Virus record (IMG/VR): IMGVR_UViG_3300033067_001111
Coordinates: 1-64,000 of that record
Origin: a virus
Lineage: Duplodnaviria; Heunggongvirae; Uroviricota; Caudoviricetes
Reading direction: 5' to 3' (one strand)
DNA length: 64,000 nucleotides
Positions 45,454-55,558 of this stretch are shown here, one piece after another. A model generated the notes under the pieces. That model searched no databases. It saw only the letters and a program-made list of their open reading frames with translations, and was not told the DNA's origin. The position numbers and the translations under genes are program-made. Within the stretch, counting starts at the first letter, position 1, and the number at the start of each line of letters is the position of its first letter.

Positions 45454-46533
45454 TTAGTCGGTAGCGCGTGCAGTCAACCGCTTTTCAAGCTCGCTGACTG
45501 CGGTGGGGTTCGCCCCACCCGTGTTCAGGCCCGTGGCGGCTCCCGAGGGGAATACCGCGCGTTGCATCGTCATCTTGCCAGCGGCGAGTGCTCGCTCCTG
45601 GATCGGGATGTTGGTGCTGAACAGGCGAGTATTGGTCTGCGCCTGGCTCTCGCCGGGGGTCGGCGTGGACTCAGCCCATGCACGCAGGACTTCACGCAAG
45701 GAAACCAGACCAGGATGGAACTCCCAATCCGTGTTCCAGCGGTTGTCTGCTGGCTGATACGTGACGTTAGTCACGGTGTTGGTGCGCTCGGGGGCAGGCA
45801 CTAGCATGACGCCGTTGTCGCGGGACAAATAGCGCAAGCGCAGTTGACCGTTGTCATCCTGGCGTTGGGCGTTGACCCAATACAGGTGGGTGAGGACGGC
45901 TTTGCCATGCTCATCGGTTTCCGGAATCAGGTTGCCGTGTGCATCACGCACGGGCACCAAGTGGGCTTTGCCACCCACCATGCTGACCGTGTGGCGGACA
46001 GCATAACCAACACCACGGATCTGGGCTTGCACATGGTCTTCGTCCATGCTCTTGCTCTCGTCAGTGGTTCGCGCGCGATGGATGAGGCACGAATAGCCTT
46101 CAAGGATCGCGAGGCGAGGCTGGGCGATGGTCTGACCGGGGTTCTTGGGATCCTGGATGTGTGACACATAGGACTCTTCGAACCGCTGACCGTCGGCCAG
46201 GCGTCGGATGGGGATGAAGCATTTGAACTCTTCAACAGGCTGACGCATCAACTTGTTAAGGAGTTCGGGGGAAAGCTCAGCGGCTTCCAGGCCGAGTGCG
46301 GCTTCAGGGCTTTCGAACGTGAGTGCGAAATCCTGAACTTGGTTTTCGGGTGCGGGAGGAGTTTCTCCGCCGGCTTCGCCCTCAGCGCCTTGCTGACCAT
46401 CGGTACCAGTCTGGGTTTGGCCTTCGCCACCAGTCTCGTCTTCTTCATCAACCTGGCGGATTGCCTGGGCCTGATCGTTGGTCTGGGTCTGTTCATCAGA
46501 CGCGTTGTCAATCGAATCGTTCTTCGTGCTCAT
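45454..46533 (-). CDS. hypothetical protein with acidic low-complexity N-terminus (scaffold/internal-protein-like)
   Basis: 359 aa. The N-terminal 90 aa are D/E/Q/G/T-rich. Confidence 0.5.
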   Translation of the reverse strand: MSTKNDSIDNASDEQTQTNDQAQAIRQVDEEDETGGEGQTQTGTDGQQGAEGEAGGETPPAPENQVQDFALTFESPEAALGLEAAELSPELLNKLMRQPVEEFKCFIPIRRLADGQRFEESYVSHIQDPKNPGQTIAQPRLAILEGYSCLIHRARTTDESKSMDEDHVQAQIRGVGYAVRHTVSMVGGKAHLVPVRDAHGNLIPETDEHGKAVLTHLYWVNAQRQDDNGQLRLRYLSRDNGVMLVPAPERTNTVTNVTYQPADNRWNTDWEFHPGLVSLREVLRAWAESTPTPGESQAQTNTRLFSTNIPIQERALAAGKMTMQRAVFPSGAATGLNTGGANPTAVSELEKRLTARATD

Positions 46534-46831
46534 GGTTAATACCTCTTTTGTGATCTAGGGCGCGTTCGTCCCCATATTGCTCTGGTTTGTGACTCATGCG
46601 GTGAGGCGTGAGCCCAATCGTTTGTAGAGTTCAGCGAGCCGCATTTTGTACGGAGCGCCAGCAGGGAGTTCTTGGGCTGTCGCTCGCCAATGATAACCTA
46701 TGACGATCACCAGGGCGAGGAATAGGGCAAGGGCTATAGCTGTAAGGATGTTCATAGGGCATTGGGGGTGTCTGTGTGCGGGCTTAGATCCACACACGGA
46801 GACAACCCCCCAATGCACGAGCATGTAGCTG

Positions 46832-49800
46832 TTAGATACGTGCTCTACCCTGTTGCATGCTAGCAAGCAGGGCTTCACGCTCTGCACCCGAGATGCCTTG
46901 GGTGGAACGCACTCGTGTACTGGCCACGTACTCCTCAAACGTCTGCTCCATGTCTGACGGCAGTAGCTCTGCAAACCCTAGTTGGGTCATGATCTGTGCG
47001 ATACCGTTCTTGATGGACTCAGCATAGTCCAGGTTGGGAATCTGGATGCTGAATGGCGTAATGGTCTCAAGCGCTCCGTTGAGCGGGTTGCGTACCTGGC
47101 AGGTCTTGATTCCTGCTTTCTGCGCGCCACCGATTACCGTATGTGCGTCCAGTCCGCGTACACGGTGTCGAACCATGCGTGTCCGCATGTTCTCGGTTGG
47201 CGTGCTGGTGCGATAGTGAGTTATGGTCGTAACCCAGCATGCAACCTGGCGGCCATCGCCCAACGTCACCACACGCTGTACAGCGTTCTTCATGTAATGA
47301 ACGAGCAGACCCTTGTCCGAGAGTTCTTGGACGGGATACAGCAGGTCAATATCATGTCGAACACGTACGGGCACGGGCTTCGTGCATTGGTCAGCAGGCA
47401 GGTATCCGACAGTTCCCACACTGTCCAAGACCTTGATGCGGTCGGCAGACAGGTCAGCGTCTGGTGCAATGGTGTACACCTTGTGCTGTGGGATGGACTG
47501 GCCTTTGGACTGAGTGTAGCCTATCAAGACCTTGACCTCAGCACCATGGGCCATAACCTGTGGCTGTAGCTCAGTGGTCTCGTACCAGGCCTCTTTGAAT
47601 CCCAGCGTGGGCATAGGCATGAACTTTCCGCCCATGGCGTCAAGCAGTTTGCCGACGTCCTTGCTGGACTTAGCCTTCTTCAACCAAGCGCATCGTCTCT
47701 CACCCGCAACAGTCTGGAACTGTACGAGGTTATCGAAGCCCTCTTCGGGCTTGTGCGTGACTCGGTCGTAGAACACGGTCTCACCCAGTTCGCCATCCAG
47801 CATCTGCTTTGCAATGCCCGGGGATGTGATCTGGACTTGATTAGCCTCACTCCAGTCAGCTACTGACACGTTGCCGGTTCTGGGTGTGGGCAACGTGATT
47901 GCCACTACCATCTCCATGGGCTTGTGTGCACGGCTGAACTGACTTAGCATTTGCCCAGCGCGCCGTGCATTGACGTCTGTGGGGCACCACCAAGGATGGA
48001 CTTCGCCCACCGCCGCGTTGAATACGTGCTTTCGCACTCGCCGATCATCACCCTTGGACGAGGGGCATAGCACTGGTGGAATACACTGAAATGCCGCCCA
48101 CCAGAAGTCAACGTCGTATTCACAATGGCCGTAGTCCACGACCACGGTATTGGATGCAACCAGTCGGTTGAGTTCCGGAATCTCCAGGGTTGGGCTGATG
48201 GTGGGTACCACCAGTCCATAGCGTCCCACGTAGGCTGACAGCCACTCCTGGAACCGACCACGCTTGAAGTTGCTGGCAGGTTTGTTCTGCCAGAACTCGT
48301 GGCCTTTGGGGGCGCCCCCAGTGGTCTCCAACCACCAGCGTGCATATTGCAGGCTTATGCCGCCATCCTCATCCTGGCCCTCAAACATGATGCGAGCATC
48401 AAAGCCCTCCACCAGCCGGTCTTCGTCATCCACACGTTGCCACAAGGGCTGTGCGCACTTGGCCATGTGGGTGATGGGATCGTGCCAGCATTCTTCCTCC
48501 ACGTCCCAGACGGGCGGGAGAATGAAGCTGTAGGTAAGGCCCTCAACAACACCCTGTGCCTTTCGCACGTCAGTCAACGCCACGGGCTGTGCACCGTGTC
48601 GAAGAATGATGCGTACGGGCAGTGGGATGTCATCAGATGTGTGAACTGCGCGGGGTAGTGGGTGGACTTCGATGATTCTGGCCGCCACCAGGTTCTCAAC
48701 TACGTGATGCGCTGTTGGCAGGTTCATGGGTTCCGAACTGCGTGGCCGTTGGCTTGGGCGGATGAAACTGGGAATATCCAGTTCTGCGACCCGTCGCAGG
48801 AGTTCAGGCATGTTCAGGCGCCAGACAAACGCCGTGGCCTCAGCCCGCATGGTGCCACACGATCCTGTATTGGTCAGGAACGGCTTCATGGGGCCTGGGA
48901 CGCGACGAGGATTGCTGGTCACCATCTCCAGTGCCTGACTGGATGCATCAGTACCGATTGTGTGGTCTTTACGCGCCGCACCCAACGCCATGTCCTCAAG
49001 GACGTAGTAAGCCACGTCACCCGTATACAACAGTTCCTGCTTGCGGGCAAGCGGTTCGTGTTCGAGTGACTGGATCCACCAGTTCTTGACCAAGCTGTCA
49101 AGTATGCCGACGTTTGGCAGGGTATGGGCTTTGCGGAAGATCTGCTCAGCCTCACTCTGGTTGCCGCGGGCTTTAAGCTCCTTGGCACGAAGCTGAGCAT
49201 CATGCTCCAGCCACGCTTCCTTCTCAGTCTGCGTGAAGTCCCAAAGCCGTTCTGGCCCAATAGAATCCAGGATAACTTTGTCCACGAGGAAGGCGCGAGT
49301 GATGTCCCTGGTAATCGGGTTCTTGATGGGAACCACTGGCCTGCCGGTAAATGACAAGCCAGGCAGGTCCTTGAACCCCAGGCGCTCCTCAGGCATGTGG
49401 CTGTTCTGGGCTAGGGCAATGCTGTCGCCGTCGAAGTCCCATTTGACCTTGGTCTTGGCCACGTACTTACTGCTGACGTAGATGAACTCACCGGTGTCCA
49501 CCATAGCTTGCCAAGGCAGGCGGCTGGTCAACACTATATTGCCGCGCAGAGCGTGGCACTCGACACGAGGCATGGTCTTGATCATGTACTCGCGGGCGGC
49601 GGCTACCATGGTGCTGACTGCCAGCTTGCGATCCTTCTGCTTGCGATACAATGCCTCCAGGTTCTTGATGAATGCGGGCTTTACGGGTTCGGTCACGATC
49701 TGTCCGCGAACCACGCTGGACTTCCAGGCTGTGGGTTGCCAAGGGATTTGGATGGTGCGAATAGCCTCACCATCACGATACTCCCAGGACAGGACTTCGG

Positions 49801-49990
49801 CCGTTCCCCAATCAGGGGCCTCAGCGTCAGGGTCTTCGACTGGCAGGTCGCCATCAAAGTTGGTGTACAGCGTAAATGCCTGCTCGGTAGTGAGTTCACC
49901 GCTCAGCACACGGGCGCGAAGGGATTGGATAAGGTCGTTCCCCAGCACTGTGGGAGTCTGAGCATCGGTCGGTTGTTGAGAGTTGTTCAT
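46832..49990 (-). CDS. large hypothetical protein (1052 aa), probably virion-associated
   Basis: Uninterrupted 3.2-kb ORF with no recognisable catalytic motif. Lies in the high-GC structural-type region. Confidence 0.6.
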   Translation of the reverse strand: MNNSQQPTDAQTPTVLGNDLIQSLRARVLSGELTTEQAFTLYTNFDGDLPVEDPDAEAPDWGTAEVLSWEYRDGEAIRTIQIPWQPTAWKSSVVRGQIVTEPVKPAFIKNLEALYRKQKDRKLAVSTMVAAAREYMIKTMPRVECHALRGNIVLTSRLPWQAMVDTGEFIYVSSKYVAKTKVKWDFDGDSIALAQNSHMPEERLGFKDLPGLSFTGRPVVPIKNPITRDITRAFLVDKVILDSIGPERLWDFTQTEKEAWLEHDAQLRAKELKARGNQSEAEQIFRKAHTLPNVGILDSLVKNWWIQSLEHEPLARKQELLYTGDVAYYVLEDMALGAARKDHTIGTDASSQALEMVTSNPRRVPGPMKPFLTNTGSCGTMRAEATAFVWRLNMPELLRRVAELDIPSFIRPSQRPRSSEPMNLPTAHHVVENLVAARIIEVHPLPRAVHTSDDIPLPVRIILRHGAQPVALTDVRKAQGVVEGLTYSFILPPVWDVEEECWHDPITHMAKCAQPLWQRVDDEDRLVEGFDARIMFEGQDEDGGISLQYARWWLETTGGAPKGHEFWQNKPASNFKRGRFQEWLSAYVGRYGLVVPTISPTLEIPELNRLVASNTVVVDYGHCEYDVDFWWAAFQCIPPVLCPSSKGDDRRVRKHVFNAAVGEVHPWWCPTDVNARRAGQMLSQFSRAHKPMEMVVAITLPTPRTGNVSVADWSEANQVQITSPGIAKQMLDGELGETVFYDRVTHKPEEGFDNLVQFQTVAGERRCAWLKKAKSSKDVGKLLDAMGGKFMPMPTLGFKEAWYETTELQPQVMAHGAEVKVLIGYTQSKGQSIPQHKVYTIAPDADLSADRIKVLDSVGTVGYLPADQCTKPVPVRVRHDIDLLYPVQELSDKGLLVHYMKNAVQRVVTLGDGRQVACWVTTITHYRTSTPTENMRTRMVRHRVRGLDAHTVIGGAQKAGIKTCQVRNPLNGALETITPFSIQIPNLDYAESIKNGIAQIMTQLGFAELLPSDMEQTFEEYVASTRVRSTQGISGAEREALLASMQQGRARI

Positions 49991-50144
49991 AGGTCTAAGC
50001 TCCTAAGGCAAAGTCGTTAGCTCTCGCTAACTACGTGGGAGTAACGGGCAAGCCGCAATCGTACGGCAATGCCCACAACGAATCCGAGGCAGGCTATGGC
50101 CAGCATGACGCCCACGGCGGACGCAAGTACAGTGGTGAGAAAAC

Positions 50145-50291
50145 TCATTTCGTATTGCTCCTACCCGTGGTATTCACGATGGTCAATCCTGCCCAGAGGC
50201 AGAGGATAAAGGCGCAGGGCCCACCCACCAGGGTGAGGACGGCCGTAACCAGTATCCAACAGCAGATAAATAGGTTCAGGGCTGTGTTCAT
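50145..50291 (-). CDS. small membrane protein (48 aa)
   Basis: GGGAGG RBS before the internal MNTALN start. Entirely hydrophobic. Confidence 0.35.
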   Translation of the reverse strand: MNTALNLFICCWILVTAVLTLVGGPCAFILCLWAGLTIVNTTGRSNTK

Positions 50292-50441
50292 GGAGTAACC
50301 TCCCACTCTGATCTGGTTTGTGACTGATTGGCTGGGACAAGCCCGTGCATTCGTAATCTGCCGGAGGCCGCCGGAACTGGCCCGAAGGGCCAGCATCCGT
50401 CAAAGGTCACGTACACCACCAGCCCATAATCTGCCGGAGGC

Positions 50442-50978
50442 CTATACACCCAACACCTCCTTGAGCACAGTGCTCAACTCCGTCTGCCATGTTGGATACC
50501 ACATGTTGATGACGGGAATACCCAGGCGCTTGGCCAGGCGTATGGCCTGTGCTGTACCACCATCGGGCGCACCGTTGATCACAGGAGCCCAGCACACTAC
50601 GAACTTGACGTTCAGGCTGAGATCTATGCCCATGATCTGATGGGTGTTGCGTTGGTGGAAAGCCTGTGCTTGGCTGCTGCATGCCTTCCAATTCGGATGG
50701 ATAAGTTCTGCAATCTGTGCAGCACGGGGATTGCGGCACCAATACACGCCGCTCTCCGTTGGTTGGCGATTGCAGAATCCCTGCCATGGAATGAAGATCT
50801 CTTTCTGTCCTCCCACAGCATCGCATCCCTGCTCAAATGCCTGATCAGCACCCACAGCTGCTCCCGATCTCAGGACCATACCGTGCTTAGCAAACAGCTG
50901 AGCCAGTATGTTCATGGTCTCCAGAACGTGGTGTGGTGTTTTGCGCGAGCCAATGCCCGCGTAGTAGACGGTGTTCAT
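50442..50978 (-). CDS. SLOG/DprA-like Rossmann-fold protein
   Basis: YYAGIGSRKTP...SGAAVGADQAFEQG resembles the DprA/Smf and LOG-family (SLOG) nucleotide-binding motifs GxGSR and GxxxGxD. Confidence 0.5.
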   Translation of the reverse strand: MNTVYYAGIGSRKTPHHVLETMNILAQLFAKHGMVLRSGAAVGADQAFEQGCDAVGGQKEIFIPWQGFCNRQPTESGVYWCRNPRAAQIAELIHPNWKACSSQAQAFHQRNTHQIMGIDLSLNVKFVVCWAPVINGAPDGGTAQAIRLAKRLGIPVINMWYPTWQTELSTVLKEVLGV

Positions 50979-50979
50979 G

Positions 50980-51333
50980 TTAGTTGTTCTCCTTCGTCGT
51001 GTTCAAGTCCTCACACACTTGTGCGAGTACGTCGCCATGACACGGATGTGGTTTGCACCAACATACCAAGATCTTGCCCCATAGGTTCTTTACCTGTTGG
51101 ACGTAGGTAGGATCTTGGTTGAGCTTAGCCCGCAGATACAGGCTGTACTCTTCCAGCGTAGCACCACGCTCACGGCCTGGTGCTAATGGATACGGGTTGT
51201 GGTGTACGGATTGTGGCACACCGTACGATACATTGCGCCGGCCAATGTACACGTATTGGGGGTTGGTCTTCCAACCTGCAGGTGCTTGCCTGATGTTTAT
51301 CACTTGTGGTCTCATACGTTCTCCTCGGCCCAT
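50980..51333 (-). CDS. DUF4326-like protein
   Basis: C-terminal KILVCWCKPHPCHGDVL matches, from memory, the DUF4326 CxC..P.PCHGD signature. 1-nt gap from the SLOG-like gene. Confidence 0.45.
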   Translation of the reverse strand: MGRGERMRPQVINIRQAPAGWKTNPQYVYIGRRNVSYGVPQSVHHNPYPLAPGRERGATLEEYSLYLRAKLNQDPTYVQQVKNLWGKILVCWCKPHPCHGDVLAQVCEDLNTTKENN

Positions 51334-51665
51334 TTCTTGTAGGCCTTGTAGTCGGCTCCCAGTAAGTTACGGATTTCTGAGCTCTTCGCTCCTTCCAATA
51401 ACTTTCTATACCTACGGAAACGGTTTTGATCCTTCAACCGTTCAACAGTGCTGTTGGGTGTGAAGTTAGCATTGTATGCCTTGCTGAGAACAGCCAGACT
51501 GTTTTCCAAGCTCTCTTCAAACAAATCCTCCAGCAGTTGTTTGGGTATTTCGTGTTGATAAGGTTGCGGCTCATCCTCGCCCCGCTCCTTATTGATCTTT
51601 CTCACCCAGGCTTCTATCTGTAGTGAGTTTGTCAAATACTCCAGTTTGACTTGATTGTACGACAT
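51312..51665 (-). CDS. hypothetical protein
   Basis: 117-aa ORF. Confidence 0.4.
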   Translation of the reverse strand: MSYNQVKLEYLTNSLQIEAWVRKINKERGEDEPQPYQHEIPKQLLEDLFEESLENSLAVLSKAYNANFTPNSTVERLKDQNRFRRYRKLLEGAKSSEIRNLLGADYKAYKKWAEENV

Positions 51666-51771
51666 ACTACTCCTTTGGGCTGATCACCCAGAAACGGTCG
51701 TCCAGGATCTCGGCAAGTACTGGGCGGACATCAGCCCACCGCAGTCCACCAAGGCCACCCTCTATTAGGGT

Positions 51772-52464
51772 ATGACAACGAGAATGTGTGAATGTGGTTG
51801 TGGCTCGTCTATCCCGGCATTTGATGCTAAGGGGAGAACGAGGAGTTTTGTTAAAGGTCATGGTAATCACCTCCGTATAACCATGTGGGAAAAGCCAGAG
51901 AAGAAGGAATGTAATAGGTGCCACGAAGTTCTGCCAATTGAGGCGTTCTCTGTGAAAACCTATAAATCCAAATCTACTGGGGAGTCGTATTATCGCGTAC
52001 GTTCTCAGTGTAAAGAATGTGAGCGCAAAAATGCTTCTGAGTGGTCTGATAAGAACCATGCTGAAATTCTTCAGCGCAGGAAGCAAAAGCGCTTACAGGA
52101 CAAAACTGATTTGTCCCCGATTCTCCACTATCTGAGAAAGCACAAGTGGGATTGGCCGTTGTTGGATGAAACTTATCTACTTCACCTGTATAATGAACAG
52201 AGCGGACTCTGCTACTACACAAAGCAAGTATTGCAGTTCCACCAGAACGGATTGAACTGGGATGGTATCTCTCTAGATCGACTAGACCCCAAACAAGGGT
52301 ATATTCCTGGAAATGTAGCATTCTGCAGTTACAGGGTAAATACCATGAAGGGCAATCTGACCGAATCTGAGTTCTACCAAATGCTTCAGGATATCTTGGA
52401 CCTGAAGCATGGCCCATTAATAACTCCAGCCTGTAACCCAGCCACGAGTGAAAACCACTCGTAG
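51772..52464 (+). CDS. zinc-finger / HNH-like endonuclease (family 3)
   Basis: Multiple CxxC pairs plus a C-terminal HNH-fold-like FHQNG...SLDRLDP...CSYRVNTMKGN. A canonical catalytic His was not seen. Confidence 0.45.
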   Translation: MTTRMCECGCGSSIPAFDAKGRTRSFVKGHGNHLRITMWEKPEKKECNRCHEVLPIEAFSVKTYKSKSTGESYYRVRSQCKECERKNASEWSDKNHAEILQRRKQKRLQDKTDLSPILHYLRKHKWDWPLLDETYLLHLYNEQSGLCYYTKQVLQFHQNGLNWDGISLDRLDPKQGYIPGNVAFCSYRVNTMKGNLTESEFYQMLQDILDLKHGPLITPACNPATSENHS

Positions 52465-52761
52465 AGGCACTAGACCTTCTCCGGTGTTAACACTCATGTC
52501 AATGAGCTCAGAAGCTGAGCCTGAGATTTGTGCTGGACCCTTGTATGAGATGTTATTCTCCTCCAGGTAAGCGAGAATCTCCCGCTCAGAAGGTGTAGTT
52601 CTGAGCAAGTCCACGGATTCCGTGTAATTCAGATTCCTCTTGGGAATAGTCTGCTCTACAGCAGGAGCACGTGAGGGTGTTTGATGCGTAGTCAGCATCA
52701 CTACCAACACTGCCAGTAATAACCCCAGCAGGGCGTATGTTGTGGGTTTGTTGGTCTGCAT
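52417..52761 (-). CDS. membrane-anchored hypothetical protein
   Basis: N-terminal TM helix. 114 aa. Confidence 0.4.
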   Translation of the reverse strand: MQTNKPTTYALLGLLLAVLVVMLTTHQTPSRAPAVEQTIPKRNLNYTESVDLLRTTPSEREILAYLEENNISYKGPAQISGSASELIDMSVNTGEGLVPLRVVFTRGWVTGWSY

Positions 52762-53014
52762 TATGCCATCACCCTTCCCTTTCTCTCGGTGACCCTAAGA
52801 GCAGCCTCACACGCCCAAACTACAGCCTTGCCGTAAGCGATCTTACAGCTATATCTCCCACGTCTCCGCCACCGCTTCCTGACCTTACTACAGAGGTCCA
52901 TAACACACTTCCAGAGAGCCTTCTTAAGTCTCTCCTGGGTCTGTGCGTCCTGTCGTAGAAACCAGGAGATGGCGTAATCCAGAGCAGCAAAGAAGGCGTT
53001 CAGTAGGATTGTCA

Positions 53015-53521
53015 TTAGTTGTTCTCCTTCTTAAAGGCGTTGAGCTCTTTCATCTCCTCTTGATGCAAGCTCCAGGCTTCGTGCTCGGAGAAATCCTCAC
53101 CCACAGTGTGATCATAGCGCTCGCTCCAGGCATCCGCCTGTTGCTGATACTCGTCCATGCGCTGAGCGTTGTCCTCAATCTCCAGTTGCTGCCAATTACC
53201 GTAGTCCTCCGCGAACGGATCGTATTCCTCGGCCATTGCCTGACACTGGTCTTCCCACCTCTTAGCTGCTTGCTTTAAGGCGATCTTCCAACTCCTGCGC
53301 TCAGCCCAACGCTGGGTGAACGACAGGTTGTTGAACGCGTCAACGTCCTGGCAGTCGCCGCAGAACGCTTCGTACCCAGGATCAATCTCAGAGTACTCTG
53401 AGAAGCAACGTGGGTAGTCCGCGTACTCGGGCTTGGGCATCAGGCACAGCGTATTCCAAACGATCCAGTTCATCAGCTTCTTCATCAGTTTCGTACCTCC
53501 GTCATGGGGGCGAAGGTCCAA
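53015..53521 (-). CDS. acidic hypothetical protein
   Basis: 168 aa, D/E/Q/W-rich. Confidence 0.4.
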   Translation of the reverse strand: MDLRPHDGGTKLMKKLMNWIVWNTLCLMPKPEYADYPRCFSEYSEIDPGYEAFCGDCQDVDAFNNLSFTQRWAERRSWKIALKQAAKRWEDQCQAMAEEYDPFAEDYGNWQQLEIEDNAQRMDEYQQQADAWSERYDHTVGEDFSEHEAWSLHQEEMKELNAFKKENN

Positions 53522-53684
53522 TCCTTCTCCCCAATAATCCTTTGGGCTTCGCCCACAGTAGTCGTCTGCATGTATCGACCAAGCTGGTCATATACATGGC
53601 AGGGTGCTTGCTGCTCACGTGCAGCTTGTTGTTGTGCTAGCTGCAGTAGCCTGCGCTTAGCGTGAATGTCTTGTTCTCTGCTGC

Positions 53685-54041
53685 TCATTTGATCCTCCTT
53701 ATCTGGACGTCAATGGGTTGACCATGTACGTCTTCAATCACTTCTAGCACCTCTCCCGGTGCTAGAACTACTTCCTGGATGCGAACGGCGAATATCATAT
53801 CACCATCCTCATGGGGCTCGATGAACGCATGCTCCTCGAAATCCCCACAATCGCAACCATGTGGCTGCCTGCCCCATGAGTAGGGCAGGCAGAAACTGCA
53901 GTCTTGGTACATGCCCATGAGTGTCTCTCTCATGGTCTGCTCATCGGTAAATACCTTGAGCTCTGTGTCCTTGGGGTCACCCTCGAAGCAGGTGACCTCT
54001 CCCCAGATCCATGCCAGTCGGAAACGGTTGGTATCATTCAT
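53685..54041 (-). CDS. hypothetical protein
   Basis: 118-aa ORF. Confidence 0.4.
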   Translation of the reverse strand: MNDTNRFRLAWIWGEVTCFEGDPKDTELKVFTDEQTMRETLMGMYQDCSFCLPYSWGRQPHGCDCGDFEEHAFIEPHEDGDMIFAVRIQEVVLAPGEVLEVIEDVHGQPIDVQIRRIK

Positions 54042-54301
54042 CGGTTGTTCATCCTCTGCACATAGGTGTTAGGCAGGCTTTCTACCCACACGAGTGCGGC
54101 CGCTGCCAGGACACAGCCCAGCACTAACAGCGTCATCTTGACCCAGAGGCGCATCACACGCTGCTTCCGGATCAACGGTTGGGTCTTGTACGCCATGAGC
54201 TTAGCCTTCATGGCCGCATCACAGTCAGCGCACAGGTTGTAGCCCTTAGCGAGTGGCTTGCCGCAATGCATGCAGCGATCTGGGTTGAGGTTTGCGTTCA
54301 C
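54038..54301 (-). CDS. zinc-ribbon membrane protein
   Basis: CMHCGKP...CADC followed by a TM helix. Confidence 0.4.
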   Translation of the reverse strand: MNANLNPDRCMHCGKPLAKGYNLCADCDAAMKAKLMAYKTQPLIRKQRVMRLWVKMTLLVLGCVLAAAALVWVESLPNTYVQRMNNR

Positions 54302-54509
54302 GTTCAGTTGCCTCCGTTGGCAGCCGCGCGTCGTGCACGGCGATTGGCTTGTCGAGCGTCTCGGGCGAGACGGCGCACTTCCTTGCGGGAAATGCGAGTG
54401 ACGAAGTAGCGAGACGATTTGTTTGTGTGTAGCATGTGTTTCTCCTAGTCTGGCTCATCAGCAGTGGGCGACTAACTCCACTGGAGACCCCCAGCTGGGG
54501 GCCTTTCGC

Positions 54510-54809
54510 CTAGTTCTTGGGCGTAGCGTAGAAGATCAGTGAGTATTCTTGGCCCATACCATCACCAAGATGTCCTCCACAACACCCACAACGCCAATCC
54601 TTGGACTCATCAGGTCCTTTCCAGCATCCACGTACCAGAGCACGACCACAGCCTCCACCCATGCGCCAGGTGATACGTACTTGGTCCTCATCATCCACGT
54701 GCTCACCTAGCACGATGTTACACGTTGGGCACAAGAACACTCGTGTACCCATAACCCCTTGCCAGGACAGTGACCACGGCAGTTTGGCTAGCAGCTCTAG
54801 GATCGTCAT
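54510..54809 (-). CDS. zinc-finger protein
   Basis: CPTCN...CGCCGGH pattern. Confidence 0.35.
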   Translation of the reverse strand: MTILELLAKLPWSLSWQGVMGTRVFLCPTCNIVLGEHVDDEDQVRITWRMGGGCGRALVRGCWKGPDESKDWRCGCCGGHLGDGMGQEYSLIFYATPKN

Positions 54810-55153
54810 TAGAAGTGCTCTCCTGGTGTACGATAGCCCTTTTTCTTGGCTATGATCCGCATATCAGTGATGAGCTTGATACGGATCTCGTGCTGAGCAG
54901 GTGTAAGACTGCTTATCTCCTCATCTAAGAGCTTAGCTCTCATTGTCATCAGCTGATCAGCTGTGTAATCCCACAATGCTGTGGTATCTACGTTGATGGA
55001 CATGTTGTCCTCCTTGAAGTCACCCTGTTTCGCAGGGGGTGGGGGTCCAAATTGGAAGGCCGCCCACCTCTCACCCATAGTACCTCCAAAAGGCTTGTTG
55101 CCTAAGACCCTCCAAAGGCCTTGTTGCCTAAGACCCAGCCCTGGACCTTGCAC
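54809..55153 (-). CDS. hypothetical protein
   Basis: 114-aa ORF. Last minus-strand gene before the divergent region. Confidence 0.4.
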   Translation of the reverse strand: MQGPGLGLRQQGLWRVLGNKPFGGTMGERWAAFQFGPPPPAKQGDFKEDNMSINVDTTALWDYTADQLMTMRAKLLDEEISSLTPAQHEIRIKLITDMRIIAKKKGYRTPGEHF

Positions 55154-55260
55154 ACGACCCCTGGGGGTGTAATTCCCCTCCCGCGAACGCGCAGAACGCC
55201 GGGGGCCTCCCCCGATATCCAGGTAAATACGCCCGGGGGCACAGGTGTATATTATATAAC
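55154..55260. promoter_or_regulatory. divergent intergenic region
   Basis: Separates the minus-strand gene ending at 55153 from the plus-strand block starting at 55261. Contains tatattatataac and GC-rich CCCGGGGGC repeats. Confidence 0.4.
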
Positions 55261-55557
55261 ATGAACAACGATATTAGCCACTGGGGTTTTGAACACTTGG
55301 CCACGCTGGGTGATCACTGGTCGGTCACGGGCGTGGATAACTACATGGCGTACGCCGAACAACCGTATACGGATACAGCAGCGTATGATACGGTGAGAGT
55401 GATGAACGATCAGGAGAGATTTACTGTCTGGCTCCATTATGATCGCGGCGATCAGCTGATGTTTACCACCCGCTCACTGGATGAAGCACTCAAAGTGGGT
55501 GATATCCTGGCACAGGGCCGCGTACAGCCCGGAGCACCATACGCCCAAGGAACTTAA
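55261..55557 (+). CDS. hypothetical protein
   Basis: 98-aa ORF opening the plus-strand block. Confidence 0.4.
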   Translation: MNNDISHWGFEHLATLGDHWSVTGVDNYMAYAEQPYTDTAAYDTVRVMNDQERFTVWLHYDRGDQLMFTTRSLDEALKVGDILAQGRVQPGAPYAQGT

Positions 55558-55558
55558 T

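Noticed and set aside
51667-52086. 139-aa minus-strand ORF
   Set aside because: It lies completely antisense to the HNH-like gene 51772-52464, which has zinc-finger and HNH-fold motifs. Judged an antisense shadow ORF.
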